A stretch of 64,000 bases of DNA from an uncultured Actinomycetes bacterium (lineage in GTDB: Bacteria > Actinomycetota > UBA4738 > HRBIN12): positions 128,552 through 192,551 of the forward strand of contig CAVTGO010000013.1 in assembly GCA_963734275.1 (NCBI GenBank). The letters are read 5' to 3'. Below the pieces are notes generated by a model. It worked only from the letters and a program-made list of their open reading frames with translations. It was not told the DNA's origin and did no database searches. Position 1 is the stretch's first letter. Every line of letters starts with the position of its first letter. The translations under genes were made by a program, and so were the position numbers. Positions 27,085-38,143 of the stretch are shown in pieces.

Positions 27085-29535
27085 GTGACCGAACGGGTCC
27101 GCGCGGTCGTGATCGGCGGCGGCGTCGCCGGGTGCAGCGTCGCGCTGCACCTGGCTAAGGCCGGGCTGGACCGACGTGCTCCTGTTGGACAAGGGCGAGC
27201 TGACGAGCGGGTCCACGGCGCACGCGGCCGGGTTCGTCACGATGTTCAACCCCTCGCCGACGATGATGCGCGTTCCGCCGCTACTCGATCGAGCTGTACC
27301 GCGAGCTCGGGGTGTTCGAGACGGTCGGGAGCCTGCGGATCGCCTCGAGCGCCGAGTAGCTGCTAGAGCTGCAACGCGGGGTGTCCCGCGCGCGAGGGAT
27401 CGGCCTCGACGTCGAGCTCTGTCGGGCCCGACGAGACGCTGAGGCTGATGCCGGCGGCGAGCGCCGAGTCGCTCTTCGGGAGCGTCTGGGTGCCCGGCGA
27501 CGGCTTCCTCGACCCGCACACCGCGACGTACGCGCTCGCGGCGGCCGCGCGCGCGCTCGGGCGGCACGATCCGGACGGGAGCGCGCGTGACGGCGATCGA
27601 GCTCTCCGAGCGGCGGGAGGTGACCGCGATTGTCGTCGACGGCGAGCGGATCGAGTGCGAGGTCGTCGTGGACGCCGCCGGGATCTGGGCGCCGCGGGTC
27701 GCGGCGATGGTCGGGGCTCCGGGTCCCGTCGACGCCGGTCGACCACCAGCACATCGCGCTGAAGGCGGTGCCGGGGGTCGGAGCTGCCGCGCGACATGCC
27801 GTGCTTCCGCGACCCGGACAACCTCGTCTACGGGAAGTCCGAGGCCGGCGGCATCGTGTTCGGCGGGTACGAGCCCGATCCGGTCGCTCGATGGATCGAC
27901 GGCGCGCCCTGGGAGCACGGCGGCGCGCTCGCTGCCGCCGGACATGGATCGGTTCGAGCAGCTGCTGCGCGGCGCCGCCCGCCGGTTCCCCTTCATCGAG
28001 GACGCCGAGATCGTGAAGCTCGTCTGCCATCCCGACGCGATGACGCCCGACGCGAACCCGCTCGTCGGCCCGATCGCCGACGGTCCGCGGGCCTGTGGCT
28101 CGCGGCCGGGCTGTCGCTGAACGGCTTCGGTGGGGCCGGCGGGCTCGGCAAGGCGCTCGCCGAGTGGATCACGGCCGGCGAGACCGAGCTCGACCTCACC
28201 GCCGTACCGGCCGTGGCGGTTCGGGCGCGTGCACGAGGACGCCGGCTGGGTCGCGCGAGCTGGCGCGCGAGGCCTATCGCTACTACTACCTCCTGCGCTA
28301 TCCGTTCGATCACGACGAGTGGGGACGGCCGAAGCGCGTGTCGCCGCTGCACGGCCGGCTCCAGGAGCCGGCGCCGTGTTCCAGGCGAAGAACGGGTGGG
28401 AGCGCGCCGAGCGCTTCGAGCCGGGCGAGGCCGTGGCGGCGGGCCGGGCGCGGATCAGCGGGCGTTCGGGTGGGCGCGGCCGCCGTGGCTCGACCGGGTG
28501 GGCGAGGAGCATCGCGCGCGTCCGCGAGCGCGCCGGGTCTGTCGACCTGTCAGCTCGTTCGGGAAGATCGAGGTGGCCGGGCCGGACGCGCTCCGGCTGC
28601 TCGAACGGGCGGCGGCGAACCGCGTCGACCGGCCGGTGGGCTCGATCGTCTACTCGCCAGTTCCTCGATCGGCGGGGCGGGATCGTCGGCCGACGTCACG
28701 ATCGTCCGGCTCGCCGAGGACGGTTCCGCGTGGTCACCGGCGTCGGGCGACCGTCGACGGCGACCTCGGCTGGCTGCGGATGCACGTGCGTGACGGAGAC
28801 GGGCGCCGTCGAGCTCCGGGACGCGAGCGAGGAGCTCGCCGTGATCGCACTCTGGGGTCCGGCCGCTCGCGACGTCCTCGGCGGCGACGACCGAGGACGA
28901 CGTGTCGAACGAGGCCTTCCCGACCTGAGCGGCGCGAGCGCTGCGGATCGGTGCCGCGCCGGTACTGGGCCCAGCGGATCAGCTACGCCGGCGAGGCTCG
29001 GCTGGGAGCTGTGGGTCGAGCCGGCGGTGGGCGGTCCAGGCCTGGGACCGGCTGTGCGGCGGCGGGCGAACCGCTCGGTCTCGAGCCGTGCGGGTACCGG
29101 GCCTCGACGGCCTGCGCATCGAGCAGGGGTTCCGGTACCTCGGGACCGACCTCACCGCGGGCGACACGCCCGACGAGGCGGGGCTTGGCCTTCGTCGCGT
29201 TCGATCCCTCGAAGGACTTCGTCGGGCGCGACGCCGTCTTCGCCGCGCGCGAGGCGGGGCCGCCGACGCGGCGGCTGCGGACCCTGCTCGTTGGCGCAGG
29301 CTACGTCACGGCCTACGGGGGAGAGGCGGTGCACGCCGGCGACGAGGTGGTCGGGCGGGTGCGGAGCGTGCGCGTACGGCTACACCGTCGGACCGGAAGG
29401 TCGCGACTCGCCTACCTGCCGTCGGCCCTCGGCCCCGGCGATCGCGTGGAGGTGGAGGTGTTCGGCGAGCTGGTTCCGGCCGAGGTGGCCGAGGACGTCC
29501 TGGTGGATCCCGAGGGCAAGCGAGTGCGGAGCTGA
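27085..29535 (+). pseudogene. dimethylglycine dehydrogenase/oxidase-like (FAD oxidoreductase + GcvT-type folate domain), heavily frameshifted paralog of 30781..33214
   Basis: FAD motif VIGGGVAGCSVALHLAKAG, then LLDKGELTSGSTAHAAGF in the next frame; the GcvT-like C-terminus (FVGRDAVF..., ...VDPEGKRVRS) sits in further frames. Many single-nucleotide indels. Confidence 0.65.
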
Positions 29536-30444
29536 TGCCGACGATCGAGCAGGTCGTCCAGGCCGCGGCGACCTTCCGCGGCCGGCAGGTCGAGGTCTCC
29601 GAGCTCTCGGGCGGTCTCACCAACACGAACTACCTGGTGGATCGCCGACGGCGCGAAGTACGTGGTCCGCATCCCCGGACGCTCGACCGAGCTGCTCGCC
29701 GTCGACCGCGCGAACGAGCGCCACAACGCCGAGGCGGCGTCCACGACCGGGGTGTCGCCTCGGATCGTCGAGGTGCTCGAGGACGTGGAACGTGATGATC
29801 ATGGAGTTCATCGAGGGGCAGACGATGTCGGCGGAGACGCTCCGCGCGCCCGAGCAGGTGCGCCGGATCGCGGCGTCGCTCCGGACGCTGCACGCCGCGC
29901 CGCGGTTCGCTGAAGGACTTCGACATGTTCCGGTTGACCGAGTTCTACCTGGGCGTCTGCGCCGAGCGCTCGGTCCGGATCCCCGACGGGTTCCGAGACC
30001 GCATGCCGACGACGTGGCCGATGATCGAGCGCGCGCTCGCCGCGAACCCCGTGGAGACCGTGCCCTGCCACAACGACCTGCTCGCCGAGAACTACATCGA
30101 CGACGGGTCGCAGCTGTGGATCGTCGACTTCGAGTACAGCGGGAACAACGACCCGTGCTTCGAGCTCGGCGACACCGCGCAGGAGTGCGGGTTCGACCAG
30201 GAGCTGCGGGCGGTGCTGTGCGAGGCCTACTTCGGCACGCGCCGCGAGGACCGGCTGGCGCGGATGGACCTTCAGGCGCGTGATGGCGGACGTCGGATGG
30301 ACCCTGTGGGCCGCGATCCAGGCCACGATCTCCACGATCGACTTCGACTTCTGGGGCTGGGCGGTGGAGCGGTGGGACCGGGCGGTGGCTGTCTTCGACT
30401 CGGACGACTTCGCTCGCTGGGTCCGCGCGTCGGCGGGAGGTTGA
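29535..30444 (+). pseudogene. APH/choline-kinase-family phosphotransferase, frameshifted paralog of 33217..34131
   Basis: SGGLTNTNYLV, CHNDLLAENYI and IVDFEYSGNNDPCFELG motifs lie in different frames. At least 4 frame changes. Confidence 0.6.
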
Positions 30445-30475
30445 CGCATCCGCGCCCGCGTCCGAGGGTGATGGC

Positions 30476-30775
30476 GTGCGCGTGATCGCGACCGGCGAGG
30501 CGGTCGAGTTCGTCCGCGACCACGGCGGGCGGGTGTTCGTCTGGCCCGTCGTGATGGATGTGCCCTCCGGCGGCGCCGTCGTCTTCACCTTGGAGGCGTC
30601 CACCGAGTCGCCGGGCGCGGCGCACGAGTTCGTTCGGTTCGGCGGCGAGGGGTTCGACGTGCTGATCGACGCGACGGGTCACGGCGTCCCCGATGAGCTG
30701 CACCTCGCGATCAAGGGCTGGCGCCGGAGGCAGATCCGCGCCTACTGGAACGGTAACTCGTTCGGCCGAGCCTGA
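30476..30775 (+). CDS. hypothetical small protein (99 aa)
   Basis: Intact ORF with GTG start and protein-like composition, between the two convergent modules. Confidence 0.35.
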   Translation: MRVIATGEAVEFVRDHGGRVFVWPVVMDVPSGGAVVFTLEASTESPGAAHEFVRFGGEGFDVLIDATGHGVPDELHLAIKGWRRRQIRAYWNGNSFGRA

Positions 30776-30780
30776 GCAGG

Positions 30781-33214
30781 TCAGACGCGGATCCGCTCGC
30801 CCTTCGGGTCGTAGAGCGGGTCGTCGACGACGACGGCGCCCACGAGCTCGCCGAAGACGTCGACCGTCAGTCGCGTTCCCGAGGCGGCGAGCTCGGCCGG
30901 GAGGTAGGCGAACGCGATGCTCTGGCCGATCGCGTAGCCGATCCCCCCGCTCGTCACGCGCGAGACCACCCGGTCTCCGCTGCGAACCGGCTCGTTGCCG
31001 AGGGCCATCGCGGTGGCACCGGCGAGGGTCAGGCACCGCAGGGACCTCGATACGCCGCCCTCCCGCTGGGTCTCGAGCGCCTCGCGGCCGACGAACGCTC
31101 GGTCGTCCCACGCGACGGCGAACCCGAGACCGGCCTCGAGCGGCGTGTCGTCGGCCGTGACGTCCGAACCCCACGCGCGGTAGCCCTTCTCCAGCCGCAG
31201 GGAGTCGATCGCCCGGTAGCCGGCCGGGACCAGCCCGTGCGGCGTGCCGGCCTCGACCAGCGTGTCCCAGAGCGCGGCCCCGAACTCGGCCGGCGGGTAC
31301 AGCTCCCAACCGAGCTCGCCCACGTAGGTCACCCGGAGCGCGAGGCACGGGACGTCGCCCACGGTGATCTCGCGCGCGGTCATGTACGGGAACGCCTCGT
31401 TCGACAGGTCGTCGGCGCACGCGGCGGAGAGGATCTCCCGGGCCTTCGGGCCCCACATGCCCAGGCAGGCGAGCGCGGACGTGACGTCGCGGAGCTCGAC
31501 GCCCGGATCGTCCTCCCGCCTGCGTTTCTGCAGCCACGCCAGGTCGTGGTTCCCCGAGGCCGTGCCGGTGACGATCCGGTACCGATCCTCGGTCCAGGCG
31601 CGTGACCGTGACGTCGGCCTCGATGCCGCCGCGGCGGTTCAACATCTGCGTGTAGACGACGCTGCCGAGCGGCCGGTCGACGTCGTTCGCGCAGACCCGC
31701 CGCAGGAATGTCGTTGCTCCCGGGCCGGACACCTCGAGCTTCGCGAAGCTCGACTCGTCGAACAGCCCTGCCGCCTCTCGGGTCGCGAGGTGTTCGGCCG
31801 GGATCGCGGTCGACCAGTGCTCCCCCGCCCATCCTCGCGGTCGCAGGTCCTCGAAACGCTCGTCCTCGTTGGTGGCGAACCAGTTCGCCCGTTCCCACCC
31901 CGCCTTCTCGCCGAACTCGGCGCCGAGCGCCTGCAGCCGCGCGTACGTGGGGGATGTCTTCAGCGGCCGACCCGCCTTCGACTCCTCTCCTGGGTACCGG
32001 ACGTCGTAGTGCGTCGAGTAGATCTCGTACGCCTTGGCGAGCGCGTAGTCGCGGTCACGGTACGCGGGGCCGAACCGCCGGACGTCCATCTTCGACAGGT
32101 CCATCGAGGGCTCGCCCTCGACGATCCACTCGGCGGTGGAGCGGCCCACCCCCGCGGCTCCGGTGATGCCGTGTGCGCAGAACCCCGCGGCCACGAACAG
32201 GCCCGAGACCTCGGTCTCGCCGAGGATGAAGTCGTCGTCGGGCGTGAAGGCCTCGGGGCCGTTGATGAAGCGGTTGACCTCCACGGTCTGCAGCGACGGG
32301 ATCAGCGCGAACGCGCCCTCGGCGATCGCCTCGAACCGCGGCCACTTCTCCTCCAGCAGGCGGTGGTTGAAGTCCTGCGGGATCGGCGTGTGGACGTTCC
32401 AGGGATCCGGGTTCCGCTCGTAGCCGCCGACGACCAGACCGCCCACCTCCTCTCGCACGTAGACGAGGCGGTCGGGGTCGCGGAGCGTCGGGAAGTCGGG
32501 CCTGACACCCTCGATCGGGCGGGTGATCAGATACTGGTGCTCCATCGGGACGACGGGGATCTCCACACCGGCCATGCGCCCGAGCTCGTTGGCCCACAGG
32601 CCTCCCGCGATCACCACCACCTCGGCCTCGATGCGACCGTGGTCGGTGACGGCGCCGGTCACGCGGCCGCCTTCGACCGGGATCTCCACGACCCGGACGC
32701 CGGGACGGATCCGTGCGCCGCGCGACCTGGCGCCTTCGGTGAAGGCCGACGTGAGACCCGAGGGGTCCAGGTGCCCGTCCGTCGGGACGAACGCGGCGCC
32801 CAACACGTCCGTGCGGTCGATCAGCGGGAAGCGGTCGTGCGCCTGCGCCGCAGAGACGATCTCGATCGGCAGGCCGAACGACTCGGCCCATCCGGCCATG
32901 CGCGCGAGCGCCTCGAGCCGGTAGGCCGAGGTCGCGAGGTGCAGGGTTCCCACCTGGTGCCAGCCTGGGTCGACGCCGGTCTCCTCGTGCAGGCGGGGAT
33001 ACAGGTCGACGCCGTACATCATCATCCGCGTGTGGCTGACCGAGTTCCGCAGCTGCGCGACCAGGCCTGCCGAATGGAACGTCGAGCCGCTCGTGAGCTC
33101 GGAGCGCTCAACGAGCACGACGTCGGTCCAGCCGAGCTGCGTGAGGTGGTAGGCGATGCTGGCACCGGCGACGCCTCCGCCGACGATAACGACGCGCGCG
33201 CGATCCTCGGCCAC
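30781..33214 (-). CDS. dimethylglycine dehydrogenase/oxidase-like bifunctional FAD oxidoreductase + aminomethyltransferase domain; one apparent +1 frameshift near 31585-31595 (possible pseudogene or sequencing error)
   Basis: N-terminus VVIVGGGVAGASIAYH...TSGSTFHSAGL; C-terminus (ORF 30781..31458) is GcvT-like. The frames join if one C is removed from gaccgagg: ...VTRLDEDRYRIVTGTASGNHDLAW.... Confidence 0.7.
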
Positions 33215-33216
33215 GG

Positions 33217-34131
33217 CTAGAGGCCGGCCGCGGCGTCGGTCAGCCAGCGCTCGAACCGCTCGTCGGCCATCGTGCGGGCCAACCGGTCGAAATGGGTCTG
33301 CGCGTACGCCACGTAGTCGATCTCCAGGCTGGACAGGCCCTGCTGCACGACGCCCCACATCGCCTCGCGGAAGTCCGACATGACCCGCATCAGCCGCAGG
33401 CGGGCGCGGTGACCGTCGTGCACGTCGCCGAAGTAGAGACGGAGCATCGACTCCTGCGACTCCTCGGACAGGTCGTTGTTGATCGACAGGTTGCCGAGGT
33501 CGAAGAACGGGTCGCCCATCCCGGCGTACTCGTAGTCGACGAGCCACAGGTGTCCCTCGCCCCGCAGGAAGTTGTCCGAGAGCAGGTCGTTGTGACACGG
33601 GTGGACGGGCCGGGGCGTCCGGTTCAGCGCCTGCTCGATCCGCGAAGCGCGCGCCTGCGCATGGTCGAAGTCGGATGGCACGGCGACGTCCCGCTCGAGC
33701 GAGACCCGCCGGTAGTCCTCGACGATCCGGAAGCTGTCGAACGTCCAGTCGAGCTCGGGTCCGGAGTGGATCGTTCGGACGACGGCGACGACGTCGGCGA
33801 GCACGGCCTCGTCGTCCATGTCGCCTTCGGCGAGGGGCAGGCCCGGCACCCACCGTGTGACGAGGCACCCGAGCTCGGGCAGGTGCGCGATGACCTCGGG
33901 GGCGACGCCCGCCTCGGCGGCCGCGGATGCGGCCCGGTGCTCGGCGGTCCGGTCGATCCCGAGCAATTGCGTGTCCTTGCCCGGCAGGCGGAGGAAGAAG
34001 GTCTCGTGCCCGATCTCCACGAGGAAGTTCCGGTTGGTGCGTCCGGCCTCGATGGGCACGACACGCGTCTCGAGACCCGACCAGCCCGGAACCGCGTCGA
34101 TCGCCCGTGACACGTCCGGGTCGAGGTCCAC
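33217..34131 (-). CDS. APH/choline-ethanolamine-kinase-family phosphotransferase
   Basis: Intact 304 aa with Brenner motif HPCHNDLLSDNFL and LVDYEYAGMGDPFFDLG. GTG start; the stop lies 2 nt before the downstream DMGDH-like start. Confidence 0.8.
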   Translation of the reverse strand: MDLDPDVSRAIDAVPGWSGLETRVVPIEAGRTNRNFLVEIGHETFFLRLPGKDTQLLGIDRTAEHRAASAAAEAGVAPEVIAHLPELGCLVTRWVPGLPLAEGDMDDEAVLADVVAVVRTIHSGPELDWTFDSFRIVEDYRRVSLERDVAVPSDFDHAQARASRIEQALNRTPRPVHPCHNDLLSDNFLRGEGHLWLVDYEYAGMGDPFFDLGNLSINNDLSEESQESMLRLYFGDVHDGHRARLRLMRVMSDFREAMWGVVQQGLSSLEIDYVAYAQTHFDRLARTMADERFERWLTDAAAGL

Positions 34132-34274
34132 GACCCCGAACGGTACCTCGGGCGTTCGTTCCTGGTCAATCTCGACCGAACGCGTGCGTTCATTGCCCCG
34201 TCGCCTGTTCGTCCCTGACCGGATGCCGGCCCGACGGTTGACAGGCGCAAGCTCGCCGCTACACTCGACGGACC

Positions 34275-34325
34275 ATGACGAGGAAGAACTTCACCGAGCC
34301 GCTGGTCCTCGTACTTATCCGGTAG
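34275..34325 (+). CDS. ilvB leader peptide (MTRKNFTEPLVLVLIR), candidate attenuation sensor
   Basis: 16-codon ORF ending in six consecutive Leu/Val/Ile codons, directly upstream of a terminator hairpin and the ilv operon. Confidence 0.5.
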   Translation: MTRKNFTEPLVLVLIR

Positions 34326-34364
34326 GCGCGGCCGGGCCCAGGAGGCCCGGGACCCGCGCCGGAT

Positions 34365-34389
34365 GCCCCTCGCTCGCGGGGGGCTTTTT
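34365..34389 (+). terminator. attenuator: intrinsic terminator hairpin (GCCCCUCG-CUCG-CGGGGGGC) followed by UUUUU
   Basis: 8-bp GC-rich stem with tetraloop plus T5 run. An alternative upstream pairing region gcgcggccgggcc/ggcccgggacccgcgc at 34326..34360 could act as antiterminator. Confidence 0.5.
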
Positions 34390-34467
34390 CTACCCCACCG
34401 ATCACCGTCGCTGCGACCCGGGGCCAACGAAGGGCAACGGAAGGCGAGAAGGAAGGAAGGAGACGAG

Positions 34468-34791
34468 ATGCGCTACGAGTTCGAGCGTGACGGGCACCGG
34501 GTGGCGAGCGTGCTCTGGGAGGGCCCCGGTCAGGTCACCGTGGACGTCTCCGAGGCCTCCGATCGCCCGCAGTTCGACCGGTTCTTCGGCTCCGAGGTCG
34601 TCTACCTGTCGGCCGACATGGACTTCGGGGGTGGCTTGGGCGAAGGCGGGCTGGCCTCGCGGCGGCGCGACTGGTCGCCGTGGGAGTTCGAGCGCCACGC
34701 GCGCAACCTCGCGCATCGCCTGGGCTGCACGCTCCGCCGGGTGGAGACCGGGCCCGTCGAGGAGCGTCCCGCGGGTGTGGGGTCCCGATGA
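34468..34791 (+). CDS. hypothetical protein (107 aa), translationally coupled to ilvB
   Basis: Strong RBS GGAAGGAGA. Its stop overlaps the ilvB ATG (ATGA at 34788..34791). Confidence 0.5.
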   Translation: MRYEFERDGHRVASVLWEGPGQVTVDVSEASDRPQFDRFFGSEVVYLSADMDFGGGLGEGGLASRRRDWSPWEFERHARNLAHRLGCTLRRVETGPVEERPAGVGSR

Positions 34792-36536
34792 AGGTCACGG
34801 GCGCGCAGGCGCTCTTCAAGTCCCTCGAAGGCGAGGGAGTGGACATCGTGTTCGGGATCCCGGGAGGAGCGATCCTCCCCGCGTACGACCCGCTGCTCGA
34901 ATCCAGTGTCCGCCACGTTCTCTGTCGCCACGAGCAGGGTGCCGGCCACGCGGCCGAGGGCTACGCATGGGCCACAGGAAAGGTCGGCGTCGCGATCGCG
35001 ACGAGTGGTCCCGGCGGCTGCAACCTGGTCACCGCGCTCGCCGACGCGAAGATGGATTCGGTGCCGATCGTGGCGATCACCGGCCAGGTCCCGACGCCCG
35101 TCGTCGGCAACGACGCGTTCCAGGAGGCCGATATCACCGGCATCACGATGCCGATCACCAAGCACAACTTCCTGGTGAAGGACGCCAACGAGCTGGCCGA
35201 GACGATCCGCGAGGCCTTCCACATCGCCTCCACCGGGCGTCCGGGTCCCGTGCTCGTAGACATCCCGAAGGACGTCCAGCTCCAAGAGATCACCTGGCAC
35301 TGGCCCGACTCGGTGGATCTGCCCGGCTACAAGCCGACCACGAAGGGCAACCTGAAGCAGGTCCGGACGGCCGCGAAGATGATCATGGAGTCGACGCGGC
35401 CCGTGCTGTACGTGGGCGGCGGCGTGATCAAGGCGAACGCCAGCAAGGAGCTGTTCAAGCTCGCGACCGATGGCCACCTGCCTGTCACGACCACGCTCAT
35501 GGCGCGCGGCGCCTTCCCCGACACGCACGAGCTCGCGCTGGGCATGCCCGGGATGCACGGCGCGTACACGGCGGTCACCGCGATGCAGAAGGCGGACCTG
35601 CTGGTCGCACTCGGGGCGCGGTTCGACGACCGCGTCACGGGTCAGCTCTCGAGTTTCGCGCTCGGCGCGAAGATCATCCACGTCGACGTGGACCCGGCCG
35701 AGATCGGGAAGAACCGCACGGCCGACGTCCCGATCGTGGGCGACGCGAAGGACGTGATCGCCAAGCTCCATGCCGAGCTGAAGCGCCTGCAGGAGGAGGC
35801 GGGCGGCGAGCCTGATCGAGCCGCGTGGCACGCGCAGCTCGAGAAATGGAAGACGACCTACCCGTACCGCTACGACCAGCCGGCCGACGGCCCGCTGAAG
35901 CCGCAGTTCGCGATCGAGCGCCTGTACGAGCACACGAAGGGTGACGCGGTCGTCGTGGCCGGCGTCGGCCAGCACCAGATGTGGGCGTCGCAGTTCTGGA
36001 AGTTCACGGAGCCGCGCACCTGGGTGAACTCGGGTGGCCTCGGGACGATGGGGTTCGCCGTCCCGGCGGCGCTCGGCGTGAAGGCCGGCGTGCCCGACCG
36101 TCGCGTCATCGCGATCGACGGCGACGGGTGCTTCCAGATGACCTGTCAGGAGCTCGCGACCTCGACGGCAGAGGGCATCCCGTTCATCACGGCCATCATC
36201 AACAACGCGCACCTCGGGATGGTCCGCCAATGGCAGGAGCTGTTCTACGAGGAGCGGTACTCGCAGGTGTACCTGTCCTACGACGTCCCCGACTACGTGA
36301 AGCTCGCCGAGGCGTACGGGGCGGTCGGCCTTCGCGCCGAGCATCCGGACGAGGTCGACGCCGTGATCGACAAGGCGCTCTCGATCGAGGACCGCAGCGT
36401 CGTGATCGACTTCCGGGTCGACGCGAAGGAGATGTGCTTCCCGATGGTCCCGGCCGGCGCCAGCAACGACGACATCATCGTCGGGCCCGAGGGCCTGAAG
36501 CGCGTCAACGATCCGGCGGAGGCACCGGTCGCATGA
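34788..36536 (+). CDS. ilvB: acetolactate synthase, large (catalytic) subunit
   Basis: TPP enzyme with [19 protein letters not shown] and ...GLGTMGF... motifs. 583 aa. Confidence 0.95.
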   Translation: MKVTGAQALFKSLEGEGVDIVFGIPGGAILPAYDPLLESSVRHVLCRHEQGAGHAAEGYAWATGKVGVAIATSGPGGCNLVTALADAKMDSVPIVAITGQVPTPVVGNDAFQEADITGITMPITKHNFLVKDANELAETIREAFHIASTGRPGPVLVDIPKDVQLQEITWHWPDSVDLPGYKPTTKGNLKQVRTAAKMIMESTRPVLYVGGGVIKANASKELFKLATDGHLPVTTTLMARGAFPDTHELALGMPGMHGAYTAVTAMQKADLLVALGARFDDRVTGQLSSFALGAKIIHVDVDPAEIGKNRTADVPIVGDAKDVIAKLHAELKRLQEEAGGEPDRAAWHAQLEKWKTTYPYRYDQPADGPLKPQFAIERLYEHTKGDAVVVAGVGQHQMWASQFWKFTEPRTWVNSGGLGTMGFAVPAALGVKAGVPDRRVIAIDGDGCFQMTCQELATSTAEGIPFITAIINNAHLGMVRQWQELFYEERYSQVYLSYDVPDYVKLAEAYGAVGLRAEHPDEVDAVIDKALSIEDRSVVIDFRVDAKEMCFPMVPAGASNDDIIVGPEGLKRVNDPAEAPVA

Positions 36537-37090
36537 TGACCCTGCATACGATCTCCGTGCTCGTCGAGGACAAACCCGGCGTGCTGACCCGCGTCGCCGG
36601 ACTGTTCGCGGCGCGCGGTTTCAACATCGATTCGCTGGCGGTGGGACCCACCGACGACCAGGGGCTGTCGCGGATGACGATCGTGGTGCAGGTGGACCGA
36701 AAGCCCCTCGAGCAGATCACGAAGCAGCTGAACAAGCTGATCAACGTGATCAAGATCCTGGAGCACGAGCCCGGCGAGTCCGTCGAGCGCGAGCTGATGC
36801 TCGTCAAGGTCAGGGCCGAGGGCGAGGCGCGAGCGCGGATCCTGGAGATCTGCGACGTCTTCCGCGTCCGGGTCTTGGACGTGACGCACAAGACCATCAT
36901 GGTCGAGGGCACCGGAACGCCCGACAAGCTCGAGGCGCTTCTGGAGCTGCTCCGGGACTTCGGCATCGTCGAGCTCTCGCGGACCGGACGTATCGCCCTC
37001 GCGCGGGGCGACCGCGGGATCAAGGAGCGGACGAACCGGACCCGCGCGGTCGCCGCCGGCGCCGAGGACTACGCAGGCGGCGGCGTCTAG
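36533..37090 (+). CDS. ilvN: acetolactate synthase, small (regulatory ACT) subunit
   Basis: [41 protein letters not shown] overlap with ilvB. Confidence 0.9.
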   Translation: MMTLHTISVLVEDKPGVLTRVAGLFAARGFNIDSLAVGPTDDQGLSRMTIVVQVDRKPLEQITKQLNKLINVIKILEHEPGESVERELMLVKVRAEGEARARILEICDVFRVRVLDVTHKTIMVEGTGTPDKLEALLELLRDFGIVELSRTGRIALARGDRGIKERTNRTRAVAAGAEDYAGGGV

Positions 37091-37129
37091 GCGGCCGCCG
37101 CCGATCCAGACCTCTCGAAGGGACGAGCG

Positions 37130-38143
37130 ATGGCAACCATCTACCACGAGAACGACACGGACCCCTCGGCGCTGTCCGGCCAGGCGATCGCCGTCGTCGG
37201 CTTCGGGAGCCAGGGGCATGCGCACGCGCAGAACCTGAAGGATTCCGGGTTCGATGTCCGAGTGGGTCTGCGCGAGGGGTCGCAGAGCCGGGCGAGGGCG
37301 GAGGAGGCCGGGCTCGCGGTCAAGCCGGTCGCCGAGGCGGCGGCGGAGGCGGACGTGGTGATGATCCTGCTGCCCGACACCTCGCACGCGAAGGTCTACG
37401 CCGAGGAGGTGGCTCCGCACCTCGCCTCCGGCGACATGCTGATGTTCGCGCACGGGTTCTCGATCCACTTCGGCACCGTCGTGCCGCCCGCCGACGTGGA
37501 CGTCACGATGATCGCCCCCAAGGGCCCCGGGCACCTGGTCCGCCGGACCTTCACCGAGGGGATCGGGACCCCCGCCATCGTCGCCGTGCAGCAGGACGCC
37601 ACCGGCAAGGCGCTGCAGCGGGCGCTCGCCTACGGCGCCGGGATCGGGGCGGCGCGGGCGGGGATCATCCAGACGACGTTCAAGGAGGAGACCGAGACCG
37701 ACCTGTTCGGCGAGCAATCCGTCTTGTGCGGGGGTCTGTCCACTCTGGTCCAGGCCGGTTTCGAGACGCTCGTCGAGGCCGGGTACCAGCCCGAGATCGC
37801 GTACTTCGAGTGCCTGCACGAGATGAAGCTGATCGTGGACCTCGTCTACGAGGGCGGTCTGTCGTGGATGCGCCACTCGATCAGCGACACGGCCGAGTGG
37901 GGCGACTACCGCAGCGGGCCGCGCGTGATCGACGAAGGTGTGCGGGACCGGATGCGCCAGATCCTTTCGGAGATCCAGGACGGATCCTTCGCCAAGGAGT
38001 GGATCGGGGAAGCCGAGCAGGGATTCCCCCACTTCCTCGCCTTGCGCCGCGAGGCGCGCGCCGCCCAGGTCGAGCGGGTGGGCCGCGAGCTCCGCCGGAT
38101 GATGCCGTGGCTGAACTCCGCGGAGAAGGTGGTCGAGGGATGA
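37130..38143 (+). CDS. ilvC: ketol-acid reductoisomerase
   Basis: 337 aa. NADPH-binding [15 protein letters not shown]. Typical IlvC throughout. Confidence 0.95.
   Translation: MATIYHENDTDPSALSGQAIAVVGFGSQGHAHAQNLKDSGFDVRVGLREGSQSRARAEEAGLAVKPVAEAAAEADVVMILLPDTSHAKVYAEEVAPHLASGDMLMFAHGFSIHFGTVVPPADVDVTMIAPKGPGHLVRRTFTEGIGTPAIVAVQQDATGKALQRALAYGAGIGAARAGIIQTTFKEETETDLFGEQSVLCGGLSTLVQAGFETLVEAGYQPEIAYFECLHEMKLIVDLVYEGGLSWMRHSISDTAEWGDYRSGPRVIDEGVRDRMRQILSEIQDGSFAKEWIGEAEQGFPHFLALRREARAAQVERVGRELRRMMPWLNSAEKVVEG

Noticed and set aside
30272-33868. 1198-aa minus-strand ORF
   Set aside because: Not one protein. It is an open frame running through the upstream kinase gene region and the N-terminal part of the DMGDH-like gene. 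The true products are 33217..34131 and 30781..33214 (the latter with a frame change near 31590).
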